From an archaeon (lineage in GTDB: Archaea; Iainarchaeota; Iainarchaeia; Iainarchaeales; 1-14-0-10-31-34), in the NCBI GenBank assembly GCA_024277355.1, contig JAJRVL010000004.1, positions 264,804 through 328,803 on the forward strand: a DNA stretch of 64,000 nt, given 5' to 3'. Shown here piece by piece: positions 27,191-37,193 of the stretch. The notes under the pieces are model-generated. The model was not told the DNA's origin. It did not search any database and saw only the letters and a list, made by a program, of their open reading frames with translations. The number at the start of each line of letters is the position of its first letter. Position 1 is the stretch's first letter. Both the position numbers and the translations under genes were made by a program.

Positions 27191-27360
27191 AACTTTTCCA
27201 AAAAAAGCTTTACCAAAAACTTAAATTTTCTGTATTCCGTCACACAAACCTTTTTAGAAAAAAGGTTTATCAAAAATTAGTTTGCAAACACAAACTAAAC
27301 CTTTTTGGAAAAAAGCTTTACCAAAAACTTAAATCTTTTGTATTCCGTCACACATAGGGA
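27191..27360. repeat. composite AT-rich repeat: two ~55-nt direct repeats (27193-27247 and 27300-27356) flanking an inverted copy of the family B element seen at 10228-10305
   Basis: The direct repeat is CTTTT(C/T)(C/G)(A/G)AAAAAAGCTTTACCAAAAACTTAAAT(T/C)TT(C/T)TGTATTCCGTCACACA. The centre aligns to the reverse complement of 10228-10305. Confidence 0.6.
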
Positions 27361-27538
27361 AAGCTTTGCATCCCCAAAAAGAACCAAATTTTCCTTTTCT
27401 AATAGTCATTTCAAGTTTACAGTTAGGACACTTTGGAGACTTAACTGAAACTTTTGAATGCCTTGAACAAACAGGAATATCATTTGAATTAAGTTTGGTT
27501 GCAAAAGAACCACATTTAGCACATTTCATAAAAATCAA
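27329..27538 (-). CDS. stand-alone topoisomerase-type C4 zinc-ribbon protein
   Basis: Encodes CAKCGS...CSRH...CPNCKLEMTIRKGKFGSFWGCKAFPMC. This matches the zf-C4_Topoisom pattern CPxCG...R.G..G.F.GCS.YP.C. Confidence 0.6.
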   Translation of the reverse strand: MIFMKCAKCGSFATKLNSNDIPVCSRHSKVSVKSPKCPNCKLEMTIRKGKFGSFWGCKAFPMCDGIQKI

Positions 27539-27566
27539 AAATAAAAAAAGAAGAAAAATAATTTAA

Positions 27567-27638
27567 AGCCCTTGGAGGGAATCGCACCCCCAACCTCCAC
27601 TTTACGAAAGTGATGCACTACTATTATGCTACAAGGGC
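27567..27638 (-). tRNA. tRNA-Thr (anticodon CGU)
   Basis: Minus-strand cloverleaf: acceptor GCCCTTG/CAAGGGC, anticodon stem TCACT/AGTGG with loop TTCGTAA, T-arm GGGGG-TGCGATT-CCCTC, discriminator U. Confidence 0.85.
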
Positions 27639-27726
27639 AGCAACTTTTTCAAAAGTTGCATCAAAATGCACGACTTCACTTTTGTTCAGTCCTGCTTTCA
27701 TAAAAAAAATAGTGCAGAAGAACTAA

Positions 27727-29220
27727 TTAAAGTTCCTTAAACGTCGTTTTGCCTACTGAAAGCTTCCATAATAATTCAGCTAAATTTTTAATTGGAATTC
27801 TTTTTTGTTCAGTTGAATCTCTTTCTCTAATAGTAATAGTTTCATCTTTTACTGAATCAAAATCAACTGTTAAAGCAAAAGGAATTCCAATTTCATCTAT
27901 TCTTGCATAACGTTTTCCAATTGAACCTTTAACATCAAAAAAAACCGGAAGTTTATGTGCTAATAATTCATTAAAAATTTCTTTTGCTTTTTCACCTAAA
28001 CCTTCTTTTTTAACTAAAGGAAAAACTCCTGCAACAAAAGGAGCAATCTTTGGACTTAAAGAAAGAAACAATCTTTTTTCTTCTTTTTTTGTTTCTTCTC
28101 TTAAAGCTAACTCCAATAAAACATAAAGTGTTCTGTCTACTCCTGCAGAAATTTCCCATACATGAGGAATAAATTCAGTTTCTTCTTTTACTTTAAGGTT
28201 TTTTGAAGAAACTTTTGAATGATTTTTTAAGTCATAATCAGTCCGGTAATTATTTGCAACTAATTCAATCCATCCAAGAGAAGTTTCAACTTCAAAATCC
28301 CAGCCTTCTTTAGCATAAAAAGCTCGTTCTTCTTTACCTACTTCCCTAAACCTTAATTTATCTCTTGGAATCCCTAAATTTTCATAAAACAACTGTAATC
28401 TTGATAAATAATAAGCAATTAATTTTCCTGAAACAATTTTTTTTGAAACTAAATCCTTTGCTTTGATTTCTTCAGTTGATTTCTTTCCTTCTAATAAAAC
28501 CCTTAACTTAAAGTTTTCTATTTCTTCAAAGTTTTCTGTTTCATTTATTTTATTTGGATTAAAAAAAACTTCAATTTCCATTTGAGTTATTTCCCTGATT
28601 CTTAAAATTGAATTTCTTGGCGCAATTTCATTTCTAAAACATTTTCCTGTTTGAGCTATACCTAAAGGAAGGTTTTTTCTCATTGTTTTATAAATTCTGT
28701 CAAAATCCAAAAAAATATTCTGGCAGGTTTCAGGCCTCAAATACCCTTTAAGTTTTCCTGTTCCTCCAATATCTGTTCCCATCATTAAATTAAATTTTTT
28801 TGTTTTGCCTAAAATTCCTTTGCATTTAGGGCAGACAACTTTGTTTTCTTTAATTAATTCATCAAATCGTTCAATTGGAGTTCCTTCAGTTAACTCAAAT
28901 TCTTTTCCTAATAAAGAATCAGCTCGATGAAGTGAATGACATTTATTGCATTGAACTAAAGGATCATTAAAATTATTTAAATGACCTGACGCAACAAAAA
29001 CTTTTTCCGGAAGAATTTGACAGCCGTCAATTTCAACAAAACCTTCTTTTTCAACTAAATCTTTTCTCCAGGATTCAATTATTCGGTTTTTTATTGCAGT
29101 TCCATAAGCTCCATAATCCCAAAAACCACTGAATGAATCTCCATAAATTTCAGCTGAAGGAAAAAAAATGCTTCTCCTTAAAGATAAATCCATTAACACT
29201 TCAGATTTTTTTTGTACCAT
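27727..29220 (-). CDS. glyS: glycyl-tRNA synthetase (archaeal/eukaryotic dimeric type)
   Basis: N-terminal YGDSFSGFWDYGAYG, class II motifs and a C-terminal anticodon-binding domain. 497 aa. Confidence 0.85.
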   Translation of the reverse strand: MVQKKSEVLMDLSLRRSIFFPSAEIYGDSFSGFWDYGAYGTAIKNRIIESWRKDLVEKEGFVEIDGCQILPEKVFVASGHLNNFNDPLVQCNKCHSLHRADSLLGKEFELTEGTPIERFDELIKENKVVCPKCKGILGKTKKFNLMMGTDIGGTGKLKGYLRPETCQNIFLDFDRIYKTMRKNLPLGIAQTGKCFRNEIAPRNSILRIREITQMEIEVFFNPNKINETENFEEIENFKLRVLLEGKKSTEEIKAKDLVSKKIVSGKLIAYYLSRLQLFYENLGIPRDKLRFREVGKEERAFYAKEGWDFEVETSLGWIELVANNYRTDYDLKNHSKVSSKNLKVKEETEFIPHVWEISAGVDRTLYVLLELALREETKKEEKRLFLSLSPKIAPFVAGVFPLVKKEGLGEKAKEIFNELLAHKLPVFFDVKGSIGKRYARIDEIGIPFALTVDFDSVKDETITIRERDSTEQKRIPIKNLAELLWKLSVGKTTFKEL

Positions 29221-29279
29221 AATACCAAATAGTCGGTAATTCTTTATAAATAATTTGCGATAAAAGCTTTATAGAGAAC

Positions 29280-30074
29280 ATGGATAAAACTAAATTAAAG
29301 CAAAGATTAACTCAAAAAACCAAAGAAAGAGTAGCAGAAGCTTTTACAGGAAAAGATATTCACATAATTAAAGCTGTTTCTTTAATTGATGAATTAGACA
29401 AAATGGTTAATTTAATTTCAGAAAACGCAAGAGAATGGTATTCAACTCATTTTCCTGAATTAAATTCTTTAATTGAAGATAACGAAACTTTTTTAGAATT
29501 AATTAAAATAGGAAACAGAAAAAATTTCACAGAAAAAAAAGTTTTAGAAGTTTATAAAAATACAGATAAAATAAAAAAAATAATTGAAAAATCAAAAGAT
29601 TCAATGGGTTCAATAATAGAAGAAGAAACATTAAATCAAATTAAAGGTTTAGCAGAAAAAGGATTAGCAATAAAAAAAGAAAGAAATGAACTAACAAAAT
29701 TCATTGAAAAAGAAATGAAAATTTTGCTTCCAAACTTCACTGAATTAGCTGAACCATTAATTGGAGCAAGAATGTTAGCTAAAGCAAGTTCAATAAAAAA
29801 ATTAGCTTTAATGCCTTCATCTACAATTCAATTATTAGGTGCAGAAAAAGCTTTATTTAATCATATTAAATCAGGAGCAAAACCACCAAAATATGGATTT
29901 ATTTTCGGGCATCCAATGCTAAAACAAGTTAAAAGAAATTTTCAGGGAAAATTTGCAAGAAGTTTAGCAGGAAAATTAAGTATTGCAGTAAGACAAGATT
30001 ACTTTAAAGGAAAAAAAAACGTAAAAGAACTCAAAATAGATTTAGAAAAAAGAATAAAAGAATTGAATAAATAA
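29280..30074 (+). CDS. Nop5 (Nop56/58-like) box C/D snoRNP protein, short form lacking the N-terminal domain
   Basis: Nop domain: LIGARMLAKASSIKKLALMPSSTIQLLGAEKALF...KPPKYGFIFGHP...GKFARSLAGKLSIAVRQDYF. It lies immediately upstream of fibrillarin, the canonical gene pair. Confidence 0.8.
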   Translation: MDKTKLKQRLTQKTKERVAEAFTGKDIHIIKAVSLIDELDKMVNLISENAREWYSTHFPELNSLIEDNETFLELIKIGNRKNFTEKKVLEVYKNTDKIKKIIEKSKDSMGSIIEEETLNQIKGLAEKGLAIKKERNELTKFIEKEMKILLPNFTELAEPLIGARMLAKASSIKKLALMPSSTIQLLGAEKALFNHIKSGAKPPKYGFIFGHPMLKQVKRNFQGKFARSLAGKLSIAVRQDYFKGKKNVKELKIDLEKRIKELNK

Positions 30075-30173
30075 AAAAAAATAAAACAAGGAAATAAAAT
30101 TAAAAACAAAAAAAGAAAAATAAATAAAATAAAAATGAATTAAAATAAAAAAAATAATTAAAGAGAATTTTTT

Positions 30174-30836
30174 ATGAAATTAAATAAGATTGCAGACGGA
30201 ATTTATTCTGATGGAAGAAAAAATTACACTGAAAACTTAGTTAAAGGAAAAAAAGTTTACGGTGAAAGATTAATTTCATTTAAAGGAAAAGAATTCAGAG
30301 AATGGAATCCTTTCAGATCAAAATTAGGCGCAGGACTAAAAAAAGGAATTTTTCCTCCAATAAAAAACGGTTCAAATATTCTTTATTTAGGTGCAGCAGA
30401 AGGAACAACAATATCCCATTTATCAGATATCATAAAAGAAAACGGTTTAATTATTGGAATTGATGTTAGTGCCAGAGTAATGCATAAATTAGTTGAATTA
30501 AGCGAAGAAAGAAGCAATTTAATTCCTTACTTAGAAGATGCAAATAATACAGAAGAAACAAAAAAAGAATTAAAAGAAATAAAATTTGATTTTTTGTTTC
30601 AGGATGTTTCACAAAAAAACCAGACAGAAATTTTTTTAAATAATGCAAAAACTTTTTTAGAAAAAGGAAAGCCAGCAATAATTTCAATTAAAGCAAGAAG
30701 TATTTCACAAAAAAATTCAAAAAAAATTCTAGAAGAAGAAAAAAGAAAACTAGAAAAAGAATTTATTGTTAAAAAAGCTGTTTTTTTGGAACCATTTCAA
30801 AAAGAACACTTGCTTGTTTACTGTGAAAAAAAATAA
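30174..30836 (+). CDS. flpA: fibrillarin-like rRNA/tRNA 2'-O-methyltransferase
   Basis: Contains RSKLGAG, ILYLGAAEGTTISHLSDII and IGIDVSARVMHKLVEL. 220 aa. Confidence 0.9.
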   Translation: MKLNKIADGIYSDGRKNYTENLVKGKKVYGERLISFKGKEFREWNPFRSKLGAGLKKGIFPPIKNGSNILYLGAAEGTTISHLSDIIKENGLIIGIDVSARVMHKLVELSEERSNLIPYLEDANNTEETKKELKEIKFDFLFQDVSQKNQTEIFLNNAKTFLEKGKPAIISIKARSISQKNSKKILEEEKRKLEKEFIVKKAVFLEPFQKEHLLVYCEKK

Positions 30837-30837
30837 A

Positions 30838-31431
30838 TTAAGCCAGACTAAAAGCCTTAATAATTCTCTGCAAAGCAGTTAAATTAGAAAGAACAGCAAA
30901 CAAAACCAAAAAATAAACTACATATTGAAAAGAAAAAATTCCACTCAAAAGAGTCAGGAATAAAATCAATAATCTTTCAGGTCTTTCAAGTAAACCGCCT
31001 TTTAATTCTTTTTCTAAAAACAATTTTTCTTTTGCAGCAGCCTTAGAATAAGTAGTCATCATTGTTCCAAATAAAGCCAATAAAATCCAGACTTTTGCTT
31101 CAACAAAAAAGAAAGGCAAAGAAACAAAAAACAACCCAAACAAAACAATAAAATCAGTATAACGGTCAGTTATTGTATCCAAATAAGCCCCTTTGTTTGA
31201 TGTTTTGCCTTGTACTCTTGCTACAGCACCATCAATTAAATCAACTAACGCCGTCAATACAAAAAAAATTAAAGCAAACAAAAAGTTTTCCTGCAATAAA
31301 AAATAAAAAGTTAAAACAGCAGGAATTAAAGCAGACAAAGTCCATTGATTAGGAGTAAAAGGCAATTTACCAAAAAGTAATCCTGCTTTAAGAGAAATAA
31401 AATTAAATTTTTCTCTGTTCTCTGAAATCAT
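30838..31431 (-). CDS. CDP-alcohol phosphatidyltransferase (archaetidylinositol-phosphate synthase-like)
   Basis: Signature DLIDGAVARVQGKTSNKGAYLDTITDRYTD, that is D-G-x2-A-R-x8-G-x3-D-x3-D. 197 aa, polytopic. Adjacent to the MIPS gene. Confidence 0.75.
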   Translation of the reverse strand: MISENREKFNFISLKAGLLFGKLPFTPNQWTLSALIPAVLTFYFLLQENFLFALIFFVLTALVDLIDGAVARVQGKTSNKGAYLDTITDRYTDFIVLFGLFFVSLPFFFVEAKVWILLALFGTMMTTYSKAAAKEKLFLEKELKGGLLERPERLLILFLTLLSGIFSFQYVVYFLVLFAVLSNLTALQRIIKAFSLA

Positions 31432-31433
31432 AA

Positions 31434-32537
31434 TTACCTGTCTCTTTTACCTTTAATAAATTCTTCAACCATTGTCTTGCAGACTGAATCAGAAAACTGA
31501 TGCAAAGGATGCTTCATAAAATAAGAAGAACAAGAAGTTAATTCTCCTCCAATTCCTCTGTCTCTTGCTAATTTTATAGCACGCAAAGCATCAATTGTTA
31601 TTCCTGCTGAATTAGGTGAATCCATTACACTTAATCTCATTTCTAATTCCAAAGGAATATCCCCAAATTTTCTTCCTTCCATTCTAATAAAACAAACTTT
31701 ATTGTCTTTCTGCCATGGAACATAATCACTTGGACCAATATGAATATTATCTGCATCTAATTTCTGAGGCAGTTGAGATTGAACTGATTCAGTCTTGGAA
31801 ATTTTTTTGCTTTTCAGCCTTTTTCTTTCAAGCATATTCAAAAAATCTGTATTTCCTCCAGTGTTTAACTGATAAGTTCTGTCTAATTTTACTCCTCTGT
31901 CAGAAAACAATTTAGTTAAAACTCTATGAGTAATTGTTGCTCCAACCTGACTTTTAATGTCATCTCCAACAATAGGAAGTCCTTTATCTCTAAATTTTTT
32001 TTCCCATTCAGGATTAGAAGCAATAAAAACAGGCATACAATTAACCATTCCTACTCCTGCATCCAAACAAGCCTGAGCATAATATTTTGTTGCTTCTTCA
32101 GAACCAACAGGCATAAAATTAATTAAAACATCAGCTTTAACTTCCTTTAAAACTTTTACAACATCAACTGCATTTTCATCTGAAACAACAAATCTTTTGC
32201 TTTCATCATAATTTTCCATATGCGAAGCAAAACCATCTAATACAGGGCCTTTTTGTACAATCACATTTTGTTCCGGAACATCTTTCTGGAAAACTGTAGT
32301 ACAATTAGGTTTTTCAAAAATTGCCTGACTTAAATCTTTTCCAACTTTTCTTTTATCAATATCAAATGCCGCAACAAACTTAATGTCTTTAATTGAATAA
32401 CCTGCAAACACATTATGCATTAAACCAGGAATTAATTCATCTGAATTCTTAACTGAATTATAATAATAAACTCCCTGAACTAAAGAACTCGCACAGTTCC
32501 CCACTCCTGAAATTGCAACTCTGATTTCTTTTTCCAT
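31434..32537 (-). CDS. myo-inositol-1-phosphate synthase
   Basis: NAD-binding [14 protein letters not shown] and the conserved C-terminal MIPS blocks. 367 aa. Confidence 0.8.
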   Translation of the reverse strand: MEKEIRVAISGVGNCASSLVQGVYYYNSVKNSDELIPGLMHNVFAGYSIKDIKFVAAFDIDKRKVGKDLSQAIFEKPNCTTVFQKDVPEQNVIVQKGPVLDGFASHMENYDESKRFVVSDENAVDVVKVLKEVKADVLINFMPVGSEEATKYYAQACLDAGVGMVNCMPVFIASNPEWEKKFRDKGLPIVGDDIKSQVGATITHRVLTKLFSDRGVKLDRTYQLNTGGNTDFLNMLERKRLKSKKISKTESVQSQLPQKLDADNIHIGPSDYVPWQKDNKVCFIRMEGRKFGDIPLELEMRLSVMDSPNSAGITIDALRAIKLARDRGIGGELTSCSSYFMKHPLHQFSDSVCKTMVEEFIKGKRDR

Positions 32538-32626
32538 TAAACCACCTATTTTACAACCATAAACGTTTTACTATCATAAAATATACTGCTTTTTGTATTT
32601 TAAATCTTTTCTTTCTCCTTAATAAC

Positions 32627-32938
32627 ATGGATTCTCCTGAAATCAAAAGACTAAAAGAAAAAACAGGAATAGAAATTTTATGGATTTATATTTTAGCTTT
32701 ACTAAAAAAAGAATCCTGCCACCCTTATTTGTTAAGAAAAAAAATTTCAGAAGAATTTAATTTTCTGCCAGGAAACGTAACAGTTTATGTTGTAATGTAC
32801 AAATTGAAATCAAGAGGCTATGTTAATTCAAAAAAAAATAAAAACAAAGTAATTTATTCAATAACAAAAAAAGGAAATGAACTATTAAAAGAAGCAGAAA
32901 AAATAATTAATACAAAAACAAAAAAAATATTTAAATAA
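32627..32938 (+). CDS. PadR-family winged-helix transcriptional regulator
   Basis: 103 aa. LWIYILALL...HPYLLRKKISEEF...VTVYVVMYKLKSRGYV matches the PadR N-terminal domain. Confidence 0.6.
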   Translation: MDSPEIKRLKEKTGIEILWIYILALLKKESCHPYLLRKKISEEFNFLPGNVTVYVVMYKLKSRGYVNSKKNKNKVIYSITKKGNELLKEAEKIINTKTKKIFK

Positions 32939-33081
32939 ACTTTTTTTTCAACTTTTTAGTTGATTTTTGTTGAACTTCAGTTATATTAATTCCTAAAAGA
33001 AATTTTCTTCAGGCTGTGGAAAGTCTGAGAGAGTCTGCTTTCTTTTGAATTCAGGCTTTCTCTTTTCTAAAGGGAAAAAAA

Positions 33082-33348
33082 ATGAATTTATTTGATGCTG
33101 CATGTTTTAAAGCAAAAAAAAGAAGAAGATATTATTCAGAAAAACATTCAAAAGTTTTTTCTAATATTCTAAGGTTTGAAGAAATTTATTTAGATGAATT
33201 AAGCGAATTAATGAATTTAAGCCAAAAAGAAACAAAAGAAATATTAAATAAATTAATTGAAAGAAAACTAATAAAACAAAAAAACTACAAATATTGTTTA
33301 ATTGAACCATTTGAATCAGCTAATTCTTTTTTATTCAATAAAAACTGA
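33082..33348 (+). CDS. small putative winged-helix DNA-binding protein
   Basis: 88 aa. LSELMNLSQKETKEILNKLIERKLIK resembles a MarR/TrmB recognition helix. Confidence 0.35.
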   Translation: MNLFDAACFKAKKRRRYYSEKHSKVFSNILRFEEIYLDELSELMNLSQKETKEILNKLIERKLIKQKNYKYCLIEPFESANSFLFNKN

Positions 33349-33405
33349 TTTCTTTAAACCAAAAACAATAAATACAATTAAAAGCTATTAATTAATGATA
33401 ATAAT

Positions 33406-36201
33406 ATGAAAATAAAAATATTGATTATACTTATTTTTAGTTTAATTATATTAAGTAATTTATCCTGGGGAAACACAACAATTTGGGTTCCCTCTGAAGA
33501 AGATACATATCATTTTAATCAAATAATACTTGCAGGAGAAGACTTTAATTTATACTTAAAACAAAATTTTTATCACTCAGACCCAAGCGACGCATATTCT
33601 TGGGGAGGCTATTCAAACGGAAACTGGAATATTAATACTGATTGTAGCGGAGGAGAAGACGCAAATTTATTTAGAGCTCCACCAGAAGCAGGATGCACCT
33701 TAAAAGAATATACTGCAACAAACAATTATCTATTCCAAGCAGGCAAGCCAGAAGAAAGCACCCATGAAACTATAATGACATTAAATTGTGCGCCTGGAAA
33801 TTACACTATTCCAACCAAATACAGTTTAAAATATTTAACAAGAGATTATTGCAGCAACTATAATCTTAGCGAACCAACATTTACATTTAGAGTATTACCT
33901 GCAATAAATATGCCTCCATTTTATGATTATAATTTATTCTGGTCTAAATCCGGAACAACAAAAAGACAGTATATTCATGCACAAGATATAAACGAACAAT
34001 CAGATGGAAATTATTTTATTAAAAGCTTTGAAGTAAAAGTTGCAGATGAATGCACAATTATCGACGGAGGAGCAAAAGATAAAACAAAACAAAACGAGAT
34101 TGGAAGCTTGCAGATAACAACTTATTCAAACCAGCATTCAAAGTTTACAGTACCTTACGGCATAACAACAAGTTTTCAGGATGGATTAAATAGTTATAAT
34201 GACACAGACGATACAGGATATATAGGAATAAGAAACGGAGTTAATGATAATGGAAGCAGCACAACAACTACTTATGCAAACATGCATTATTCTTTTCCAA
34301 TTCATGCCGGATTAATATTCAAAAACATTTTTGGAGAACAAGCAAACCAAATTAAACTTAATTCAGATATTATTTCAGCATTTTTAGTTCTTGATATAAA
34401 TAACGCAACTGATGGCTATGGAGATTTTAATTTAGCTTTATATCCTGTAACAGACCCAAATGGAAACGGACTGCCTGACTTTGATCATACAGCTTTAGAT
34501 AAATGGAATAATAGAAAAACAAGTGTTCCATGGAACACTCCTGGAGGAGATTATTCAACAGCAAATTCTGCATTTCAATTTATTCCGCAAGGAAGTGACG
34601 GAACTAAATTTACATTTAATGTAACTCAAGCAGTACAGCAATGGACTGACTTAAACAATAATCAAGGATGGATAATGAAATTAGTTTCTAAAGTACCTGA
34701 TATAAATTATGGATATAATTTAAGAATTAATACTTCAGAAAACGCTATTATTAATGACAGACCAAAACTAATAATTACATGGTGGAATCCTTCAATTCCA
34801 TTAAATCCCGATTTAAATAATTTAAATTTATATGTTGATGTTCAATGCAGTCAAAGAGGCTTCAGGGACTTTAATGTAAGCATAACAGACTTTGATGATA
34901 ATTCAATTGACTTAAATACTTCAATTTTAGATTTAAATGCTTATAGAACAGATGCAGGAGATTTTAATGCAAACAATGGTCCTCCAGGAGTAAATTTAGA
35001 AGGAAGCCCCTATTTTGCAGGAAGCTTTGGAATAGTTAAAGTAAATGCTTACGGAGTAATAGATTATGAAACAGACACAAATCATTTTATTGTTGATGGA
35101 ACTCCAAACTGGAAAATATGCACGCCAAGCGAAGGAATCTCTTGTTTTTTGCCTGACGGAGGCGATAAAAACTGTTATTTTGTTGACTCTATTCAAGGAA
35201 ATGACACTAACACAATTTACACCGAAGATTATAATTCAATTTTAGGAGGAGAAACAGCAGGAGGAGTAATTCAAAAAATTCACGAAGAAAAATTTGTTAT
35301 CTGCAGTACTCCAGGCCCAAGAAAAATAATTTATTATCTTAGTTCTTCTGCCGACTCAAAAACATATTTAGATATAGCAGACATTTATTTTTTAGATATT
35401 AAATCTGAATTAAAAAACCCTTATTATGCAATAGCAGATTATAATACTCAAATAAATGGTTTAGGAATAGATAATGATTCTATAGTAAACATCCAGGAAT
35501 CAGTTTGGTATGCTTATGATGAAGACTGCGGACCAAAAGGAAGCATAAATACTTGGGAATTAGATAATCAAACAACAGTCTTTCTTCCTCCTGATTCAAA
35601 TGGTTCAGATACAAATACAACAGGAACAATTAACTGCACTACAACAGGAAAAAAAGCAATTAATTTAGTAGTAATTGCAGATAAAGAATTTTATTCAGGA
35701 TCAGGATTAAATATTTACATAAGAGGAGACACTTTTGTTAATGTAATAATTCCTGATTCATTAAGAATGGAATCATTTGAAATAGCACCATCAAAAGTCA
35801 AAAAAGGAAACACCACAGAATTCATAGTAGTAGTTAAAAGCAAAGTAGAAGGAATGGACTTAAATATTGAAGTTGTATTTGATGTATTTGATGAAACAGG
35901 AGTTTTTATTGAATCAATTACAGTTCCAGGAATGGCTTTAGCTCAAGGGCAAACACAAATTAAAACTACTTATAATACTTCAGCATTAAACGAAAAAACT
36001 TCTTACAGAGTAACTGCAAAAGCATTTCTTTTATCAGGCTCTGGGCCAATACAAGACAAACAGCCAATAAATGACTTAGAAGAAAGATATTTCTGGGTAT
36101 TAGAAGAAAACAATAAACTTGAAACTCTGCCTGAAACAAATTATCTTTCAATAATAATATTATTAATTTCAGTAACTTTAATTCTAACAAAAAAAGATTA
36201 A
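33406..36201 (+). CDS. giant secreted cell-surface protein (931 aa) with signal peptide and a C-terminal LPETN-hydrophobic-KKD tail
   Basis: N-terminal hydrophobic signal with WGNTT. Asn/Thr/Gly/Asp-rich beta-rich body with many N-x-T/S sequons. The C-terminus reads ETLPETNYLSIIILLISVTLILTKKD. Confidence 0.6.
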   Translation: MKIKILIILIFSLIILSNLSWGNTTIWVPSEEDTYHFNQIILAGEDFNLYLKQNFYHSDPSDAYSWGGYSNGNWNINTDCSGGEDANLFRAPPEAGCTLKEYTATNNYLFQAGKPEESTHETIMTLNCAPGNYTIPTKYSLKYLTRDYCSNYNLSEPTFTFRVLPAINMPPFYDYNLFWSKSGTTKRQYIHAQDINEQSDGNYFIKSFEVKVADECTIIDGGAKDKTKQNEIGSLQITTYSNQHSKFTVPYGITTSFQDGLNSYNDTDDTGYIGIRNGVNDNGSSTTTTYANMHYSFPIHAGLIFKNIFGEQANQIKLNSDIISAFLVLDINNATDGYGDFNLALYPVTDPNGNGLPDFDHTALDKWNNRKTSVPWNTPGGDYSTANSAFQFIPQGSDGTKFTFNVTQAVQQWTDLNNNQGWIMKLVSKVPDINYGYNLRINTSENAIINDRPKLIITWWNPSIPLNPDLNNLNLYVDVQCSQRGFRDFNVSITDFDDNSIDLNTSILDLNAYRTDAGDFNANNGPPGVNLEGSPYFAGSFGIVKVNAYGVIDYETDTNHFIVDGTPNWKICTPSEGISCFLPDGGDKNCYFVDSIQGNDTNTIYTEDYNSILGGETAGGVIQKIHEEKFVICSTPGPRKIIYYLSSSADSKTYLDIADIYFLDIKSELKNPYYAIADYNTQINGLGIDNDSIVNIQESVWYAYDEDCGPKGSINTWELDNQTTVFLPPDSNGSDTNTTGTINCTTTGKKAINLVVIADKEFYSGSGLNIYIRGDTFVNVIIPDSLRMESFEIAPSKVKKGNTTEFIVVVKSKVEGMDLNIEVVFDVFDETGVFIESITVPGMALAQGQTQIKTTYNTSALNEKTSYRVTAKAFLLSGSGPIQDKQPINDLEERYFWVLEENNKLETLPETNYLSIIILLISVTLILTKKD

Positions 36202-36202
36202 T

Positions 36203-36760
36203 ATGAAAAAAGAATACAGAAGACAATTTTTACATTTCTTTTTCGGAAGCACCATAATAATCTTAATTGGATTAATTGGAACAAAAAATTTTATTGCATT
36301 TAATTTACTAATTTTAATTACAGGTTATATTTTAGCACTAAAAATAAAAAAAGGACTAAAACTTCCAATAATAAAAGAATTCATTGATTATACAGAAAGA
36401 GAAACAGAAAAAGAACTCCCGGGAAAAGGCGCAATAACTTTTTTTATAGGAACATTAATTACATCAGTTTTATTTTACAACAATATTTTCATAGTTATTG
36501 GAGGAGTTATTACCTTAGTTTTTGGAGACAGCATTTCAAATATTGCAGGAAAAACAATAGGCAAAATAAAAATACAAGACAAAACATTAGAAGGAAGTTT
36601 TGCAGGAATAATAATTTCATTTATTTATTTATCAATTTTATTTCCTTTTTCCACTGCATTAATTGCAGCAGTAATCGGAATGACAATGGAATACCTTCCA
36701 ATAGAAGACAATTACACTATTCCAATTGCAACAGGAACAATATTAATGCTTTTAATTTAA
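36203..36760 (+). CDS. CTP-transferase family 1 membrane protein (CDP-archaeol synthase CarS-like / dolichol kinase-like)
   Basis: 185 aa, 5 TM. The C-terminal block FGDSISNIAGKTIGKIKI...KTLEGSFAGIIIS matches the CdsA/CarS/dolichol-kinase signature FGDSxAxxxGxxxGKxK...KTxEGSxAG. Its start is 2 nt after the stop of the giant surface protein gene. Confidence 0.5.
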   Translation: MKKEYRRQFLHFFFGSTIIILIGLIGTKNFIAFNLLILITGYILALKIKKGLKLPIIKEFIDYTERETEKELPGKGAITFFIGTLITSVLFYNNIFIVIGGVITLVFGDSISNIAGKTIGKIKIQDKTLEGSFAGIIISFIYLSILFPFSTALIAAVIGMTMEYLPIEDNYTIPIATGTILMLLI

Positions 36761-36797
36761 AGAAAACTTAATAAGGATTATCTAATAAATTTAATTC

Positions 36798-37193
36798 ATG
36801 AATTCAATTAAAACAATTTTAGTTTTTCTAATTTTAGCAGTAATTTTTTCAGGATGTGTGCAGACAAACACAACAACAAACCAAAATAATTCAGACACTA
36901 CAAATAAATCAATGCAAAAAGAAATGAATGAAATGATGAACGAAATGCATGGATTTAATATAAAAGAAATAGCAAAACATAATTCAGAAAAAGACTGCTG
37001 GCTGTTAATTAATGGAAAAGTTTATGATGTAACCGGCTTTGAAGAAACTCACAGCGGAGGAAAAGCAATTCTTGAAGGATGCGGAAAAGATGCAACAGCA
37101 TTATTTGAATCAAGACCAATGGGTTCAGGAACACCTCATTCAGACAACGCAAGAGAATTACTTTCAGAATTTTATATTGGAAACTTAAATTAA
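36798..37193 (+). CDS. lipoprotein with cytochrome b5-like heme-binding domain
   Basis: Lipobox-like VIFSGC. C-terminal NSEKDCWLLINGKVYDVTGFEETHSGGKAIL...ATALFE matches the cyt-b5 fold with the HPGG-type heme ligand motif (THSGG here). Confidence 0.65.
   Translation: MNSIKTILVFLILAVIFSGCVQTNTTTNQNNSDTTNKSMQKEMNEMMNEMHGFNIKEIAKHNSEKDCWLLINGKVYDVTGFEETHSGGKAILEGCGKDATALFESRPMGSGTPHSDNARELLSEFYIGNLN

Noticed and set aside
27366-27566. 66-aa plus-strand ORF
   Set aside because: It is antisense to the topoisomerase-type zinc-ribbon gene, whose Cys spacing gives a specific motif match. The plus ORF has none.
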